In this document: piece by piece, positions 60,030-64,000 of the stretch
How the letters are laid out: each line of letters starts with the position of its first letter
Numbering within the stretch: the stretch's first letter is position 1
Source: Spirochaetia bacterium
Lineage (GTDB): Bacteria; Spirochaetota; Spirochaetia; SZUA-6; Bin103
DNA: 64,000 bases
NCBI GenBank assembly: GCA_965208575.1
Contig: CBDBOV010000006.1
Span: forward strand, 288,001-352,000
Direction: 5' to 3'
Notes under the pieces: model-generated
Told to the model about the DNA's origin: nothing
Database searches by the model: none
The model's input: the letters and a program-made list of their open reading frames with translations, nothing else
Translations under genes and position numbers: made by a program

Positions 60030-60337
60030 TGCTGTTCGCCTCCCTTCCTTTCGGTTTCGCCGCCGCGCGGCGCACCGGTAACTTCCGGTTGCTGTCCCGG
60101 ACGTGCGCCGTTGTCGGCAATGGAATTCTCGCTGCCGTCCGGCATGCCGTCGACGGCGTGCTCGTCGTCCAGCTCGAACGGCTCCTGGAGCCGGCGCATG
60201 ATGTAGCGCGACGACCCCGATACCCTGCCATACCACTGCCCCAGCTTGCCCATCACCTTCGGCAGCTCCTCGGGCCGGACGAACACCAGGAGCGCGATGC
60301 ACAGCAGGGCGATCTCCCAGATGCCGAGGCCAAACAC
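60026..60337 (-). CDS. tatB: twin-arginine translocase subunit TatB
   Basis: MFGLGIWEI....ALLVFVRPEELP. Confidence 0.82.
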   Translation of the reverse strand: MFGLGIWEIALLCIALLVFVRPEELPKVMGKLGQWYGRVSGSSRYIMRRLQEPFELDDEHAVDGMPDGSENSIADNGARPGQQPEVTGAPRGGETERKGGEQQ

Positions 60338-61092
60338 TACTCTGCCCCGAAGCCGAACAGCTTGGCCACCAGGATCGACAGGAAGAACATCGCCACCATC
60401 GGCACCGCCAGGCTCACCTGCGACACCACGTCCGGAGGCGTGACCACGGCCGACAAGGCGAAGATCAATACCACCGCGTAGCGGCTCGCGCGCAGCAGGG
60501 CGCGCCGCGTCACCGCTCCGGTCATCATCAGCACCACCAGCAGGATCGGCACCTGGAACACCAGCAGGAACACCAGCAGGAACTGGAACACGAAGAACAC
60601 GTTGCGCCCGAAGTTCAGCAGCAGCCCCACGCCGGGCGGTGTGAAGCCGGAACTGACCAGGAAGCGCACCGACAGCGGAATCACGCTGTAGTAGCTGTAG
60701 AAGAACCCGATCAGCAGGAGCGCGAACGATGCCACCAGCGCCGCGGAGATCGCGCGCCGTTCGCGCAGCGTCAGGCCGGGAAAGATGAAGCGCACCACGT
60801 TGTACAAGTGCACCGGCAGCGAGAGCACCACGCCGGCGATCAGCGCCACCTTCACGCGCACCAGGAACCCTTCGAAAATGGTGTTGATGAACAGGTACGC
60901 CGCGCCGTCACCCTCCGTCGCGGTCAGGTCGGGCACTGCATCCAGCGGCCGCAGGAGAATGGCCAGCACCGGCTCGTAGAAGGCGTAACAGACGATCGCC
61001 GCCGCCAGCGCGGCCAGCAGCGAGATGAGCAACCGCCGCCGCAACTCGGCGGCATGCTGCAGGAAGGGCATGGTGCCCGGCGACCGCGTCAT
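60337..61092 (-). CDS. tatC: twin-arginine translocase subunit TatC
   Basis: H..ELRRRL, FIFPGLT.RE, FQVP, SAVVTPPDVVSQ. Confidence 0.92.
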   Translation of the reverse strand: MTRSPGTMPFLQHAAELRRRLLISLLAALAAAIVCYAFYEPVLAILLRPLDAVPDLTATEGDGAAYLFINTIFEGFLVRVKVALIAGVVLSLPVHLYNVVRFIFPGLTLRERRAISAALVASFALLLIGFFYSYYSVIPLSVRFLVSSGFTPPGVGLLLNFGRNVFFVFQFLLVFLLVFQVPILLVVLMMTGAVTRRALLRASRYAVVLIFALSAVVTPPDVVSQVSLAVPMVAMFFLSILVAKLFGFGAE

Positions 61093-61366
61093 CGCCGGTG
61101 CCGGGTTCCGGACATCCCCGTGCCGGGCAAACGGGCGCCCACGGACCGGGAGCCGGCGGCCGGGAGCCGCGCACGGAACCAACCGCGGCGGCAAGCGTTC
61201 GGCGATGCAGGCCGGCGGCTGTCGCGCCGGCAACCGTGGCCGGAGGTCGGCGCGCGGCGCATGCGTACAAAGTTGCGGGACACCACCCTGGGTCTCAAGG
61301 TACCGCAATGTGGGCGTGCCGGCGAGCAGGGCGGCGGGCTGCGCCCGGCGAGCGCGCCGTGGCCGA

Positions 61367-63502
61367 TCACCGTTCCGCGGCCGCCGCGGCCGCGCCGGTG
61401 GCACCGCCGGACGCATGCTCGGCAGCGTGAGCGGTACCATTGGCCGTGCCGGCGGCAGCGCTGCCGGCACCCGGCGAGGGCGGTTCCGGCAGCGGCGTGC
61501 CGCGCCGCTGCTGGTAGCGGTAGCAGGCGGCCAGCGCGGCCACCGCGCCCACCTGGAGCGCGCCGTAGGCGAGCAAACCGAGCAGCACGCCGTCGATGAA
61601 GCCGTACGAGTGCAACCCGACGCCAAGCAGGTTGATGCCGAACCACGCCATCATCACCACGATGATCAGGAGCGCACTCCCCGCCGCCATGCCGAACGGG
61701 CCAATCATCTTGCCCATCCGGGCGTGGAACAGGATCGCGCACCACAGCACGATCAACAGGGCGCCGTTCTCCTTCGGATCCCAGCCCCAGAACCTGCCCC
61801 ACGACTGGTCCGCCCAGATGCCACCGAGCATGGTGCCCACGAACGAGAAGGTCAGGCCCAGCGCCAGCGTCCCGAACATGGTGCGATAGGTGTGCGCGAG
61901 CCGCTTGCCGTCGCGGCCGCCGCGCTCACCACGGCGGCCCTGCAGGATCGCCTGCACCATGTACACGTGGCCGATCAGCCCGGCCACGCAGCACGCCATG
62001 TAGCCGGTGGTGATCACCGTGACGTGGGTGGACAGCCAGAAGTTGGTGTCCAGCACCGCCTGCAGCACCGGCATGGTGTCCTCGGCCGCGAACTTGCCCG
62101 ACAGCAGGAAGAACACGAAGCCGCCGGCCAGCCCGCTGAACACGCCGAGGTAGCGCTTGCGCAGGTATTCCATCACCAGGCCGCACACCACCGCGCCCCA
62201 GCCCACGAACACGAACGTCTCGAACAGGTTGGTGACCGGCGGCCGGTCGGTGATCAGGATGCGCAGCACCAGCCCGAAGGTGTGCGGGAGCAGGCCGACC
62301 AGCAGCAGGACGACGCTCGCCCGGTACAGCCACTTCCGAAAGCCCAGGAACGACAGCCCGAGCAGCAGCAGCCCGGCCCCGTACGCCACCCGCGCCGCCA
62401 GGTAGGGGTTGCTGCGGTTGTACAGGATCTCCAGCTCCGGGTTCTTGATATCCAGTTCGGCCGCCGTACGGCGCTGCACCGAGTCGTTGAACTGGCGCGC
62501 CGCCAGGCCGAAGCGCAGGTCGCGCCCTTCGATGTAGGCGACCTGCAGGTCGCGCAGCGCCAGCAACTCGGTTTCCAGCGCGCGCCGCCGCTCCGTGCCC
62601 AGGCCCGCCGTCCACTGCCCGTCGAGCGCCTGCCACGGCGTGAGCCACCGCACGCCGCGGCCGACGCCGCCCACCGGCACGACCGCCAGCGGCAGGCCGA
62701 CGAAGTTGCCCTGCCACGCCGCCAGGCTCTGGCCGAGCCGCAGCAGCAGCCCGTCGCCGCGGCTGAACGCACCGCCGGCCGCGTGCGCCAGCCCGGCGGC
62801 CGTGGCCGCCTCGCGCAATTCGGCGCGGCGCAGGGCAATGTCCAGGTAACTGTAGGTGCCGGTGCCGGGCAGCCCAAGCAGTTCCGCGACCCCCGCATCG
62901 TCGACCTGAAAATCGCGGTGCGGATAGGTGAACGCGAACGACGAGAGCAGGTTCGCGTACAGGCCGACGTTGTTCCACAGCCTGAGGATCTCGCGCTCCA
63001 CGATGGTGCGGTTGTCCTCGCTGATGGCGCCGGCGTCTTCGGCCAACCGCTCCAGCTCGTCCAGCCCCGGGAGCAGAAACGACAGGCTGTAGCGGTCGCG
63101 ACCGCGCGACGGCAGCCCCATCGCGTCGATCACCTCCGGGTTGTCCACCACGAATATGTCGTCGTCGTGCGTCTCGTTGGGAGTGAACAGCACGCGCGCC
63201 AGCCACTCGATCGCCGGGCGCCGGTCGTAGCTGCGCCGGCCGGACAGCCGCAACAGCGTGAAGCGCGCATAGCTGTCGAGCGGCATCGTCCGCCCCCCCT
63301 CCACCACGACGATGCGCTGCAGCGGACCGAGGTCGGCGACGCGCAGCTCGCCGGGCGCGAACGCTCCGGGCGCGGCGCCGCCCTGTTCCTGAGCGCCGGC
63401 CACCGCCGCCGCCAGCAGCAGGAACGCGCTCACCGTCGCCGTGCAGCACGGCGGGCATACGGCACGCTGCCGCCGGCGGGTGGCGGACGGACCCTCAGAC
63501 AC
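61367..63502 (-). CDS. ccsA: cytochrome c biogenesis system II protein CcsA/ResC with a large periplasmic domain
   Basis: RPPVTNLFET, VLDTNFWLSTHV, WWD motif GGIWADQSWGRFWGWDPKEN, GVGLHSYG; GAGGAGG RBS before the GTG. Confidence 0.88.
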   Translation of the reverse strand: MSEGPSATRRRQRAVCPPCCTATVSAFLLLAAAVAGAQEQGGAAPGAFAPGELRVADLGPLQRIVVVEGGRTMPLDSYARFTLLRLSGRRSYDRRPAIEWLARVLFTPNETHDDDIFVVDNPEVIDAMGLPSRGRDRYSLSFLLPGLDELERLAEDAGAISEDNRTIVEREILRLWNNVGLYANLLSSFAFTYPHRDFQVDDAGVAELLGLPGTGTYSYLDIALRRAELREAATAAGLAHAAGGAFSRGDGLLLRLGQSLAAWQGNFVGLPLAVVPVGGVGRGVRWLTPWQALDGQWTAGLGTERRRALETELLALRDLQVAYIEGRDLRFGLAARQFNDSVQRRTAAELDIKNPELEILYNRSNPYLAARVAYGAGLLLLGLSFLGFRKWLYRASVVLLLVGLLPHTFGLVLRILITDRPPVTNLFETFVFVGWGAVVCGLVMEYLRKRYLGVFSGLAGGFVFFLLSGKFAAEDTMPVLQAVLDTNFWLSTHVTVITTGYMACCVAGLIGHVYMVQAILQGRRGERGGRDGKRLAHTYRTMFGTLALGLTFSFVGTMLGGIWADQSWGRFWGWDPKENGALLIVLWCAILFHARMGKMIGPFGMAAGSALLIIVVMMAWFGINLLGVGLHSYGFIDGVLLGLLAYGALQVGAVAALAACYRYQQRRGTPLPEPPSPGAGSAAAGTANGTAHAAEHASGGATGAAAAAAER

Positions 63503-64000
63503 CGTTTCCTCCTCCCCGCGGTCCGGTGCGCACGCGCCGGCGCAACGCCAGGGTCTGGATGAAGTGAACGACAAGCCCGAGTCCTACCACCAGGGTGCCG
63601 ACGTACGGCACCACGCGGCTGCGGTTGTGCACCACCGCCAGCGTCGACGTCTCGCGACCGGTGGCGTCGATCGCGTACGACGCCTGGTAGAAGGTATACC
63701 CGGCATGGCGCAACGGATGATTCATGGCGATGCGCGCGCTGCGGGTGAACTGCGCAGTGCTCACGGTAACGTCGCTCTCGAAGCTGCGCGGCGTGTCCGA
63801 GTTGGGATGGAATTCGGCGCGGAAGTCGTCGAGCCTGACGATCAGCGGCATCACGTAGTGCTTGCGCCGCAGCGACAGAGCCAACCGGCCGCCCGCCACC
63901 GGCAGCGACGCCGGCGCCACGTCGGCGCCGTACAGCAGCACGTCGGCGCTGCCGCCGCGGTGCTCCGCGGTCAGCAGCACGCCGGGAAAGTTCTCCTGCG
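63495..64000 (-). CDS. cytochrome c biogenesis ResB/CcsB-like protein (3' part; runs off window)
   Basis: LDDF..P.S..PRSFESDV..IAMNHPLRHAGYTFYQASY. Confidence 0.8.
   Translation of the reverse strand, partial: QENFPGVLLTAEHRGGSADVLLYGADVAPASLPVAGGRLALSLRRKHYVMPLIVRLDDFRAEFHPNSDTPRSFESDVTVSTAQFTRSARIAMNHPLRHAGYTFYQASYAIDATGRETSTLAVVHNRSRVVPYVGTLVVGLGLVVHFIQTLALRRRVRTGPRGGGNGV

Noticed and set aside
61275-61289. AGGGTGGTGTCCCGC upstream of tatC as a T-box
   Set aside because: Only a partial match to the T-box bulge; no specifier stem or terminator seen, and the downstream gene is not amino-acid related.

Overview
High-GC bacterial chromosomal window. The ABC solute-binding-protein signal peptides and gene families suggest a Spirochaetota, possibly host- or marine-associated; this is inference only. 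About 1-15 kb is a decaying accessory/defence region. It holds an SHMT paralogue of the alpha-methylserine type, a DUF433/PIN toxin-antitoxin remnant, an ABC-ATPase + TOPRIM-like pair, a heterodimeric ABC transporter, an intact XRE-ImmA/IrrE + PIN pair inside a collapsed restriction-modification/helicase operon, and a frameshifted TIR/NDT-like gene. About 15-27.5 kb is the most striking part: a GntR-controlled sugar locus with four GH117-like glycosidase domains (two fused in one protein), a 3,6-anhydrogalactonate-cycloisomerase-like enolase, an SDR and a family-5 ABC importer, plus a repeated operator (GATTGTTGACA). The remainder is mostly housekeeping: alaA, mtaB, a second ABC importer, a COG3014/LpoB/CsgG-like lipoprotein operon, DUF1015, SMUG1-type UDG, gltBD, a two-component system, hflX, argH, cimA with an attenuator-like leader, a complete ISKra4-type IS, panB-panC-coaX-coaBC with a pan-motif-like RNA, tatCBA and system II cytochrome c biogenesis genes. 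No rRNA, tRNA or CRISPR array was seen. All family assignments come from motif recognition by eye, not database searches.
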